DNA of 34,927 bases from Phycisphaerae bacterium (GTDB taxonomy: Bacteria > Planctomycetota > Phycisphaerae > UBA1845 > Fen-1342), in assembly GCA_963666925.2 (NCBI GenBank), contig CAXXTC010000004.1:1-34927 (forward strand), given 5' to 3'. The notes below the pieces were generated by a model that saw only the letters and a list, made by a program, of their open reading frames with translations, was not told the origin of the DNA and made no database searches. Each line of letters opens with the position of its first letter. Position 1 is the first letter of the stretch. The translations under genes were made by a program, and so were the position numbers. Shown one piece after another: positions 26,579 to 34,927 of the stretch.

Positions 26579-27287
26579 CTACGCGATGACGGAATACTCG
26601 TCGAACCCACTCTCGCGTCAGCCGCGCTACCTGTGCCAGGTTCTCGGGCGCCTCCAGGAGATGATCCGCGTCCGGAATGATTTCCAGTCGATGCTCAACC
26701 GTCAGCAGGTCCGCCGCCGCGCTGTTGTTGGCAACCGCCGGCGCCTCGTTCCCCGGCCACGATCAACAGCATCGGCGACTGAAACTTCGGCAAACGGTCC
26801 GACACCAGCTCCAGCGACCCGCCACGCGAAACCATCGCACGCACCACACCCGGGCTCGCAACCGCCGCCGCAACGCCAACTGCCGCACCAGTCCCCGCAC
26901 CAAACAACCCCAGCGACAGCCGACCCGCCACCGGGTCACCCCGAACCCAGTCAAACGTCGCCAGCAACCGCTCCGTCATCAACTCAATGTTCGCACACAG
27001 CTCGCCGCTCGTAGCATCAATCTCCTGTTCCTCCGGCGTCAGGAAATCAATCAGCAACGTGGCGTAATCAGCGTCGTTCAACGCCTCGGCCACAACCCCC
27101 CCCCCCCCCACCCCCCCCCCCCCCCCCCCCCCCCCCGGCTCCGCGGACTGAGCCGACTGCCACGCAGACCGTGCGCGAACACAATCAGCGCCTTCGAGTT
27201 GGCCGGCATCGTCAGGTCGGCTGTCAGAACAAAATCATCAACGGGAATGCTCACCTGCGTCTGGTCGCTGGCTGGAATATGTGTCAT
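26579..27287 (-). pseudogene. Dienelactone-hydrolase-like alpha/beta hydrolase, interrupted by a poly-C run and frameshifts (may be intact in vivo)
   Basis: Pieces LIVFAHG..SRLSPR / VAEALNDADYATLLIDFLTPEE..GLFGAGTGAA..VSRGG / LEIIPDADHLLEAPENLAQVARLTREW fall in different frames. Confidence 0.7.
27096..27136. repeat. 41-nt poly-C tract (one A)
   Basis: Directly visible. Confidence 0.95.
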
Positions 27288-27587
27288 GCTCACTGCTCCG
27301 CTGTCTTGCTGCCGCAGGCGACCCGATTGTCACGCCCGCGGGCGGTACCAGATAGACTATAGATCACCAGCCCACCCGATGCACGCCATCCCACCGTTTG
27401 CTCCCGCCGATTCCGCCAAAATCGACCCACCCACGCGGCGCCACCGTAGCCCTCGCCCGCATTCGCCACACACGTCGCTACGTTATTACGCCCGTGACGC
27501 CCGGCAACTTCTCCCAGCCGATAGAATGTACCGGCCGCCCTCCAGGCGACCTCTCGGATCAACCTGTCGTCTTCCCGGAGACCCCCA

Positions 27588-28663
27588 GTGCCCGCAATCA
27601 CAATCCGACTCGGCCTCTTCCTGGCCACCACCCTCGCCACACTCCTCTCCGTCGGCTGCGATGGGCTACACCTACGTCCTGCACGTCGCCGAGGGCCAAT
27701 TCTCCATCCAGGGCAATGCCGAGCCCATCGACGATGTCCTGGCCTCCGGGCCGCCTCACCGAAGAGCAGGCCGACAAGCTCCGCCTGATCGTCAAAGCCC
27801 GCGAATTCGCTCGCGACATCGTCGGCCTCAACGTCGGAAACTCCTACACAACCTTCTACGACACCTCCGGCGACCCCCTCGCGTTCAACCTTACCGCCGC
27901 CCGCCGCGACGCCCTCGTAGCCTACACCTGGGAATTCCCCATCCTCGGCGAGGTCCCCTACGTATCATTCTTCGACGAAAACTATCTCGACCTCGTCGAG
28001 CAGGATCTCATCGACCAGGGCTACGACACCCTGACCTACGAGCTCGACGCCTACAGCACCCTCGGAATCTTCGAGGACCCCGTCCGTTCGCCAATGTTGC
28101 GGCGAAACGTGCTGTCCCTCTCCGAAACAATCATCCACGAACTGCTGCACAACACCGTTTGGCGCGTCGGCAACACAGTCTTCAACGAATCGCTCGCCAC
28201 CTTCGTCGGCCGGCGGGGAGCGGTCGACTTCCTGACCGCTGAGTTTGGCGCCGACTCAGGCTGGCCCGAGACCGCCGAACTGTATTACGCCGACCTGGAC
28301 GCCGTAAATCAATTCCTGTTACGCATTTACGACGAGCTGGCCGCCTACTACGCCCAGCCACTCACACCGGAGGCCCTCATCGCCGACCGCGACGCCATCT
28401 TCCAATCAGCCCGCGACCGCTTCGTCGAGACGATCCAGCCTACCCTCAACTTCCCCGACACCTTCTCCTCCTATGCCAACCTGCCAACCAACAACGCCTG
28501 GATGCTCGCCCACTACCGCTACAACCTCGACCTCGACCTGATGGCCGACATCCACGCCGCCACCGGCTCAAACTGGCCCGCGACGATAGCCATCTTTCAA
28601 CAAGCCGCCCAAGCCGACACCGACCCCTTCGAATACCTGCGCAACTGGCTAACGACGCAGTAG
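27588..28663 (+). CDS. Zinc aminopeptidase-family lipoprotein, with two apparent +1 frameshifts near the 5' end
   Basis: Signal peptide MPAITIRLGLFLATTLATLLSVGC; WEFPILGEVPY, AYSTLG.F.DP, IIHELLH (HExxH), FNESLATFV, NNAW. Confidence 0.8.
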
Positions 28664-28942
28664 CACCACACAACGCCGGCAGCAGTACCGGGGGAGCACT
28701 CCAAGTTACCTGATCTCTAACTCCACATTTCCTTGTAAAGCCCGGATTTCTCAGGTTTTGCATTGGTTTCCCTAGCCGAAAACACTCCCAACGCCACCGG
28801 GAGCGGTTACTGATGAACTTATTCTCAACTCAAAGTGGAAATCACCTCCAAAACGGTCCTAGAACGAAATGGTCGAGCCGTCAATGACCGATCGGGTTTG
28901 TGGAACGCTGGGTCGACCCAACCTGATCGTTGGGAGAAAACG

Positions 28943-29653
28943 ATGCGATCTGGGATTGTTATTGCTATCACGCTGGGACTCATCATAGCTGCCCCGGCAT
29001 CTGCCGAAATGTTCCAATTCACCATCGAAAACGTCGGCGTACAGCCCCTCACACCGGTCTTCGTCGCCAGCCACGACGCCTCATTCGACATCTTCGACGC
29101 CGGGGCCGCAGCCTCTGCCGAGCTCGTCGCGATCGCCGAAGGCGGAGACGTCGGACCAATGTCCACACTAGCAGCCAGCTCCGCGGGCGTCCTCGATTAT
29201 GCCGCCGGCGCGTTCATCATGCCCGGCGAATCAACCACCATCATGATCCAAGCCGACCCCGACCACCCCTGCCTATCATTCGCCGCCATGCTGCCTGCCA
29301 CCAATGACGCCTTCATCGGACTCGCCGCCGGCGACGACGCACTCAACCTCTTCCACAACGCCATGCCCACAACCTACGACTTCACACTCTCATACCTCGA
29401 AGTCTGGGATGCCGGCTCCGAAATCAACACCGAACTCGCCGCCGACGTACCCGCTCTCGGCGGAATGGGCAGCCCCGATGAAGGTGGCGTAATTACCAAG
29501 CCCCACGCCGGTATCCTCGGCGTCGGCGACGTCCCCACAGACCTCGACTGGTGGGGACTCGACGTCGCACACATCACCGTCGTCCCCGAGCCAGCATCTG
29601 TACTACTGTGCCTCGTCGGCGGCCTGTGGAACCTGCGACGCCGGACCGCATAA
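28943..29653 (+). CDS. Spondin_N-domain PEP-CTERM protein
   Basis: GGAG RBS; signal peptide; LTPVFVASH, IAEGGD, TNDAFIG, WDAGSEINTE; VPEPAS-TM-RRR tail. Confidence 0.88.
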   Translation: MRSGIVIAITLGLIIAAPASAEMFQFTIENVGVQPLTPVFVASHDASFDIFDAGAAASAELVAIAEGGDVGPMSTLAASSAGVLDYAAGAFIMPGESTTIMIQADPDHPCLSFAAMLPATNDAFIGLAAGDDALNLFHNAMPTTYDFTLSYLEVWDAGSEINTELAADVPALGGMGSPDEGGVITKPHAGILGVGDVPTDLDWWGLDVAHITVVPEPASVLLCLVGGLWNLRRRTA

Positions 29654-31939
29654 CCAAGCCCCAGGTCCACCTGGTGCTCCCTCCGCGCCAGGTCGATTAC
29701 TCGGTCTCGGCCGCCTACCAAAACCAGGCGGCCGAGACCTTTTTTGTTTTCTGCCAGACCAATCGGCAACCCGCCAGACCGCTCCCCAGCGCCGCCCAGT
29801 GCTCGGCTGCGTGCTCGGTAACCGCATCGGCGTCGGCGTCAGATCCACCACCCCCTCCGCCACGTCCACACCCACGCTGAAATTCCGATCCGCCCAGTTC
29901 GGCGACTCCGGCGGGTCCAGCCAATGCGTGTTGTTCTCGATCCCCTCCCAATACGTATCATCGCCGCCCACATCCAGGAACAGCCCCACCGACGTCGTAT
30001 CCGCAAAATATGTCGATACCCCACCCCGCTTGCGAAAACTCGCGTTGTTAATCGCCGTCCCGGGCAGGAGCCCCTGCTCCTTCTCCTTGCGCTGCTCCAG
30101 GTCGGCCTCGTACGTGTCGTCGCCGCCCGTGTCGAGCACCAATGCCACGCTGCGATTAATCGAATACGCCAACCCCGACGTATCCACGTGGTAGCGATCA
30201 TCGCCACCAACGTCCACCAGGATACCGATCGTGAAATCGTGCGCCCACGCCAGGCTCGAGTGCGAATTCACCTCGGCCAGGTGCTGATCATTGCCAGCCT
30301 CGTCTACGCACACCCCGATGCAGAAGTGCGCCCCCGTCCCCTGCGAATACACCACGCCATGATACTCGTCATCGCCCTCGCGATCGTGCAGACAGCCCAT
30401 GCCGAACCAGTATCCGGTGCCCATCGACCAATTGCCGGCCGTGTAGACGTCGTTTCCCGCACCGTCCAGCAGTGCGCCGAGTCCGCCGGCCCACGAGTGT
30501 CCGTCGGCACCGTCGCCGCGCCGGCCCATCCCGCAGCCCTGCGCGTTCGACACGCACACGTCCAGGTCCGGCGAATGATACGACGGCCGCCCGGTCACCG
30601 AATGCTCGCGCACCGCGGTGTACTTGTCGTCGCCGCCGCGGTCGGCCAGCACGCCGACGCCATTCACGCCACCCAGACCCTGCCCGTCGCCCCACAGCGT
30701 GTATTCATCATTCCCCGCCACGTCGAACAGCAGCCCAATCCCGAAATACCCGCAGCCCTGTCCGGAAAACCGGTTCATATACACATCATCGCCGCCCAGG
30801 TCGGCCAGCAACCCCAACCCAAACTGCCCCACGCCCTGCGCGTAACGCCGCGCCTCGTACCGATCATTCCCCGCGTTATCGATCAGCACACCCACGCCAC
30901 ACAAACCGGCCCCCTGCGCCGGCCCGTCCGCCGCATACATGTCATTCCCACCCAGGTCCAGCAGCAGCCCCAGCGGCCGCGTCGCGGTCGAGGCGGCCAC
31001 GCCGCCCGAATACGTATCATCACCGCCCAGATCAACCACCACCCACGTCCCATCACCATCGACCACGTCATTGCCGTCGCCACGCACACGCACCCACCCA
31101 TACGGCGTCTCCCAATCAAACTCAAAATCCCCCACATCCTTGAGGCCCAGCTCCTTGAGCTGCACGCGAGCATCGTCCAGCGCCTGCACGCATTTCTGAC
31201 CCGCGTACCAAAGGCTCGCCTCATCGATGGTCCGCGCCACGTCGTCCATCTGCGGGCAGTAGTCGTACGCGTCGATCATCTCGTCGCCGATGTTGTAGCG
31301 CGTCGCCACCACGATCCGATCGGCGCTCTCCACCTTGCGAAACGCCAGCTCCGCCCACTTCTGCGCGTCCGCCAGGTTCAACACCAGTTGCCCCAGAATC
31401 GGGCTCACGCCCTCCGGCAGCACCTGCACCATCTCCGCCAACGTCTCCCGCGGCCTCGGATAGGGCAGGTCCTGGCCGAACGTCGATATCCGCGTCGGCC
31501 GACCCGCCTGCGCGGTCACTTGCAGGATCGCCTCGTCCAGCGGCGTTAATTCCGCCAGCAGGTTCGTCGTGTACCCGCGAAAACCCCCGAACTTCGGATC
31601 CACCCCCAGCCGCTGCACCGCCTGAAACAGATTGCGGCTATCCCGGCCCTGCTCGGCGTCGAGCTTCTCCGGGTCCAGCTTGTCCCACGCCGTCTGACCC
31701 AGCATCCGCGTATACGTCACCGTCTCCAGCGGGGCCGCGAAGAGCGGATCAAACGCCCGCAGCTTGTACGGCACGTCCGGAAATCGTGGCCACCAGCCTT
31801 TCGGCGTCCAGCCCAGGTCCTGGCGCTCCAGGCCCGCCAGTGCCAGCGCATCGTCCAGCGCATCGCCGGCCCGGGCGCCGGCGGTGCACATCGTCACGGT
31901 CAGAATAGCCACCAGAATCGTCAGGCGAGCTCGGGACAT
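29603..31939 (-). CDS. Secreted protein with 12 D-x-x-G-[DN]-D-x-Y repeats; C-terminal ~60 aa doubtful
   Basis: GGGAG RBS; signal peptide MSRARL..GARA; repeats such as DLGGDDTY, DNAGNDRY, DVAGNDEY. Confidence 0.8.
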   Translation of the reverse strand: MSRARLTILVAILTVTMCTAGARAGDALDDALALAGLERQDLGWTPKGWWPRFPDVPYKLRAFDPLFAAPLETVTYTRMLGQTAWDKLDPEKLDAEQGRDSRNLFQAVQRLGVDPKFGGFRGYTTNLLAELTPLDEAILQVTAQAGRPTRISTFGQDLPYPRPRETLAEMVQVLPEGVSPILGQLVLNLADAQKWAELAFRKVESADRIVVATRYNIGDEMIDAYDYCPQMDDVARTIDEASLWYAGQKCVQALDDARVQLKELGLKDVGDFEFDWETPYGWVRVRGDGNDVVDGDGTWVVVDLGGDDTYSGGVAASTATRPLGLLLDLGGNDMYAADGPAQGAGLCGVGVLIDNAGNDRYEARRYAQGVGQFGLGLLADLGGDDVYMNRFSGQGCGYFGIGLLFDVAGNDEYTLWGDGQGLGGVNGVGVLADRGGDDKYTAVREHSVTGRPSYHSPDLDVCVSNAQGCGMGRRGDGADGHSWAGGLGALLDGAGNDVYTAGNWSMGTGYWFGMGCLHDREGDDEYHGVVYSQGTGAHFCIGVCVDEAGNDQHLAEVNSHSSLAWAHDFTIGILVDVGGDDRYHVDTSGLAYSINRSVALVLDTGGDDTYEADLEQRKEKEQGLLPGTAINNASFRKRGGVSTYFADTTSVGLFLDVGGDDTYWEGIENNTHWLDPPESPNWADRNFSVGVDVAEGVVDLTPTPMRLPSTQPSTGRRWGAVWRVADWSGRKQKRSRPPGFGRRPRPSNRPGAEGAPGGPGAWLCGPASQVPQAADEAQ
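29703..29745 (+). terminator. Rho-independent terminator
   Basis: GGTCTCGGCCGCCT...AGGCGGCCGAGACC 14-bp stem followed by TTTTTT. Confidence 0.88.
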
Positions 31940-32061
31940 GCGTGTACTCCCATGCTTGGAGCGTGTGTCAGACGAGCGTTGCGCACCGCGCCACCCGTCG
32001 CCGGATAGGTACCCCGGACCGCGGCCGACTGTCAACCATCACCTCCCCGCCCCAACCCACA

Positions 32062-32091
32062 TTGCCACACCCGCGCCACAACCCGTATGAT
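32062..32091 (+). promoter_or_regulatory. Sigma70-type promoter of der, probably leaderless
   Basis: TTGCCA-N18-TATGAT with ATG 6 nt later; no SD. Confidence 0.55.
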
Positions 32092-32097
32092 CACTCC

Positions 32098-33420
32098 ATG
32101 GCCCTGCCAATCGTAGTCATCGTCGGTCGCCCAAACGTCGGCAAGAGCTCCCTCCTCAACATGCTCGCCGGACAGCGAATCTCCATTGTCGACCCCCGCA
32201 GCGGCATCACCCGCGATCGCGTCTCAACCGTCATCTCTCGCGACGAACGCCACTTCGAGCTCGTCGACACCGGCGGCATCGGCATCGTCGACGACGACCA
32301 CCTCGAAGAACACGTCGAGGCCCAGATCCAGTACGCCATCGAGTGTGCTAACCTCGTCATCTTCATCGTTGACGCCAGCGCCGGCATCGCCGGCCTCGAC
32401 CAGACCGTCGCCGAACGACTCCGCCTGCTCGACAAACCCGTCATCCTCGCCGCCAACAAGGTCGACGACCCCGCCCACGAGTCGCTCGCCGCCGAGTTCA
32501 ACCGTCTCGGCTTCGGACCCGCCATCTGCACTTCAGCCGCCCACAGCGCCGGCCGCAGCGAACTCCTCGAACGCATCATCGACGCCCTAGGCCCAACCGG
32601 CCAGGAAGCTCCACAAGACGCCGAGATGAAGCTCGCCATCGTCGGCAAACGCAACGCCGGCAAGAGCACCCTCGTCAACGCCCTCGCCCACCAGCAGCGC
32701 GTCATCGTCAGCGAAACACCCGGCACCACCCGCGACGCCGTCGACGTACGCTTCGAACAAGCCGGCCGGCAGTTCGTCGCCATCGATACCGCCGGCGTAC
32801 GCAAAAAAGCCCGCATGGACGATATCGACTTCTACTCCTACACCCGCGCCCTCCGCTCCATCCGTCGGGCCGACGTCGTCCTCCTACTCATCGACGCCCT
32901 CGTCCCCGTCGCCGAGGTCGATCTCAAGCTCGCCCGCTCCGTCCTCGACGAATACAAACCCGTCGTCATTGCCGTCAACAAGTGGGACCTCGCCGCGGAC
33001 CAGGCCACCGCCAGCGATTTCGACCGCTACCTCACCGGCAATTTCCCCATGCTCAACTACGCTCCAATCGTCTGCCTCTCAGCCGCCACCGGCCACAACG
33101 TCGACACCCTCATCAACGTCGCCGGAGGACTCTTCGAACAAGCCCGCACACGCGTCAGCACCGGCCGACTGAACCAATTCCTCCAGGAGATCCTTGCCCT
33201 CCGTGGCCCCAGTGCCAAACGCGGCACCAAACCCGTCAAAATCTACTACACCACCCAGGTCGGCGTCGCACCACCCACCTTCGTCTTCTTCTGCAACGAC
33301 CCCGCCCTGGTCCGCGAGGACTATCGCCGTTTCATGGAAAACCGTCTGCGCGAACGCCTCCCCATGAACGAGGTCCCACTGCGACTCTGGTTCCGCCCCC
33401 GCGGCGACACACGCCAGTAG
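32098..33420 (+). CDS. der: Ribosome biogenesis GTPase Der (EngA)
   Basis: Two G-domains (GRPNVGKS..DTGG..NKVD; GKRNAGKS..DTAG..NKWD) plus KH-like C-terminus. Confidence 0.96.
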   Translation: MALPIVVIVGRPNVGKSSLLNMLAGQRISIVDPRSGITRDRVSTVISRDERHFELVDTGGIGIVDDDHLEEHVEAQIQYAIECANLVIFIVDASAGIAGLDQTVAERLRLLDKPVILAANKVDDPAHESLAAEFNRLGFGPAICTSAAHSAGRSELLERIIDALGPTGQEAPQDAEMKLAIVGKRNAGKSTLVNALAHQQRVIVSETPGTTRDAVDVRFEQAGRQFVAIDTAGVRKKARMDDIDFYSYTRALRSIRRADVVLLLIDALVPVAEVDLKLARSVLDEYKPVVIAVNKWDLAADQATASDFDRYLTGNFPMLNYAPIVCLSAATGHNVDTLINVAGGLFEQARTRVSTGRLNQFLQEILALRGPSAKRGTKPVKIYYTTQVGVAPPTFVFFCNDPALVREDYRRFMENRLRERLPMNEVPLRLWFRPRGDTRQ

Positions 33421-33452
33421 CCCCCCCCGAGGTCACACTCCCACCGCCACTT

Positions 33453-33461
33453 TGTTACAAT
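33453..33461 (+). promoter_or_regulatory. Extended -10 promoter candidate
   Basis: TGTTACAAT upstream of GGAGG RBS and ATG 33489. Confidence 0.45.
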
Positions 33462-33488
33462 GCGACAAACGGTCCGGAGGACGATGCG

Positions 33489-34001
33489 ATGGCAATTGAG
33501 TTTCACTGCGATCATTGTGGCCACCTGGTTCGCACCGCCGACGAGAACGCCGGCAAACGCGGAAAGTGCCCCCGCTGCCACCAAAGCGTCTACATCCCCA
33601 CCCCACGCGAACAGATCAAACCGCTCGGCCTGGCCCCCGTCGACGAAGCTGTCGAACGCGAGCAGCAACGCCTCGACGAAGAGAGCCGCGACGTCGCCCG
33701 CCGCCTCCGCGACGAACAACAGGCCCCGCCCGAAACTTATCAGACCAACACCGGCCCCGAAAACGTCGGAGCCGACCTCAGCCTCGGCGGCGACATGGAA
33801 ACACTCATCGTCGAATACGCCCTCGCCATGGCCGGAGGCCAACTCAACGAGGCCGAGGAATACGCCCGCACGATCCGCGCAAACCCCGAGCGGGCCCAGG
33901 AAACCATCGACCGAATCTCCGCCGACGAGCTACCCCCCGAGCGCCTCGCTAATATCCCCCGCCCCGTACTGATGGGATTCCTGAAACAACTAAGCCACTA
34001 G
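33489..34001 (+). CDS. Hypothetical protein with N-terminal zinc ribbon
   Basis: MAIEFHCDHCG...AGKRGKCPRC; GGAGG RBS. Confidence 0.85.
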   Translation: MAIEFHCDHCGHLVRTADENAGKRGKCPRCHQSVYIPTPREQIKPLGLAPVDEAVEREQQRLDEESRDVARRLRDEQQAPPETYQTNTGPENVGADLSLGGDMETLIVEYALAMAGGQLNEAEEYARTIRANPERAQETIDRISADELPPERLANIPRPVLMGFLKQLSH

Positions 34002-34062
34002 AGCAGTGTCAGAAATGGTCCGGCATGCCACTGCTCTGTCTGCAGTGCATTCGCTGCAGCGC
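33994..34062. repeat. Pair of REP-like copies in inverted arrangement
   Basis: AGAGCAGTGTCA (34000-34011) is inverted to TGCCACTGCTCT (34026-34037), which continues GTCTGCAGTGCATTCGC. Confidence 0.65.
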
Positions 34063-34367
34063 CGACTCGACAAGGCGACGGACCGTAATCGAAAACGATC
34101 TAGCGAATTCCAGGAACCTCAGCAACACCGGCCTCCGAACCCTTGTGGCACACTTCGGCCGGCGGCAGCCCCGAGCAACAACATCTACCGGCCGACCGGC
34201 TACGAAGGGACTGGTTATCGGATGCTGAGAAGCCGCGATAATAGGTCCGAATTCGTGGTGGAGCGGGCCGGCGGTCTGGCCGATACGCCCGATATGGGAC
34301 CGATCTGGTAAAGCACGTGTGCAGGCACACACGCAGACTCATGTCAACGTATCGCAGGAGAACCGAG

Positions 34368-34927
34368 ATGTCGCCCAATCGGCTTGCATTCATTCTGGCA
34401 ACCTGCGCCTTTATGACCGTAACGCTGTTACCGGGCTGCGGCCCGGTCTCGCTTGATTCGACGAGCAGTACAAATAATGACCAAGTGGACCAGGGTGATC
34501 AGAATGACGTGGTGGCCGGAGTGTTGCAGGTCAGGGCCTTTACCGACTCGCTCGGCCAGACGGCTCACCTAATGCCCAGCGGCCAGAGCATCCCGGACGA
34601 CGTGGACGTCAACCTGACGCCGAGCGCGTACACGGTCGCGTTCAAGCGGATAGTCATCAAGGAGGTTGACGAAGACACGGACGAGGTGCTGGTTGAGCAC
34701 GAGTTGTTCAGCGCGGACTCGGTCGACGAGGCACTGATCGTTGATCTGCTCGACTCGCTGTCGCTGGATGTCCTGGAAGCCGAGGATTTGCCAGACGGGG
34801 CATACAACCAGGTCGATATCGAGGTCTTCTACCTGGATATGACGGTCGCGACGCTATACCCGGACGATGAGTCTCACGACATTCCGTACCGCATGGTGTA
34901 CGAAGACATGGGTGTGCTGGAGCAGCG
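34368..34927 (+). CDS. Acidic lipoprotein, truncated by the window end (not in the ORF track)
   Basis: AGGAG RBS; MSPNRLAFILATCAFMTVTLLPGC lipobox; frame open to the end of the window. Confidence 0.75.
   Translation, partial: MSPNRLAFILATCAFMTVTLLPGCGPVSLDSTSSTNNDQVDQGDQNDVVAGVLQVRAFTDSLGQTAHLMPSGQSIPDDVDVNLTPSAYTVAFKRIVIKEVDEDTDEVLVEHELFSADSVDEALIVDLLDSLSLDVLEAEDLPDGAYNQVDIEVFYLDMTVATLYPDDESHDIPYRMVYEDMGVLEQ

Noticed and set aside
26354..26589. C-terminal extension of the sigma factor in the ORF track
   Set aside because: Runs through a REP copy into the convergent gene; explained by one extra G before the TGA at 26351
1..34927. CRISPR array, tRNA or rRNA genes, integron attC array
   Set aside because: No regularly spaced repeats or recognisable structural RNA genes seen; the palindromic repeats are dispersed, not arrayed

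Overview
High-GC bacterial chromosomal window, probably Planctomycetota/Phycisphaerae (inferred from gene content: dockerin-like and PEP-CTERM C-termini, planctomycete-type RNase HII-like protein, TPR-fused secretin). It is mostly housekeeping and envelope genes: comM/yifB, sialate O-acetylesterase, SemiSWEET, response regulator, secretin, an operon (HAD phosphatase, HEAT lipoprotein, RsbW, STAS, MlaE, RNase HII-like, alpha-2-macroglobulin-like), a sigma-70 factor, an aminopeptidase and der. The standout feature is a complete IS110-family (IS1111-type) element at 9497-10877. It has a duplicated CA core and sub-terminal inverted repeats, and it sits inside a REP-like palindrome that recurs elsewhere in the window. 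Its ~270 bp downstream non-coding end can be folded by eye into a bridge/seek-type RNA whose loop segments match both halves of the target and one half of the donor junction. Other accessory features: a 1.35 kb integrase-less islet flanked by a 44 bp duplication of the comM 3' end, a 121 bp MITE with TA duplication, several apparently leaderless genes, and a cluster of single-base frameshifts plus a poly-C run at 25.3-27.8 kb that are probably sequencing errors. All calls come from reading the sequence; no database searches or folding software were run.
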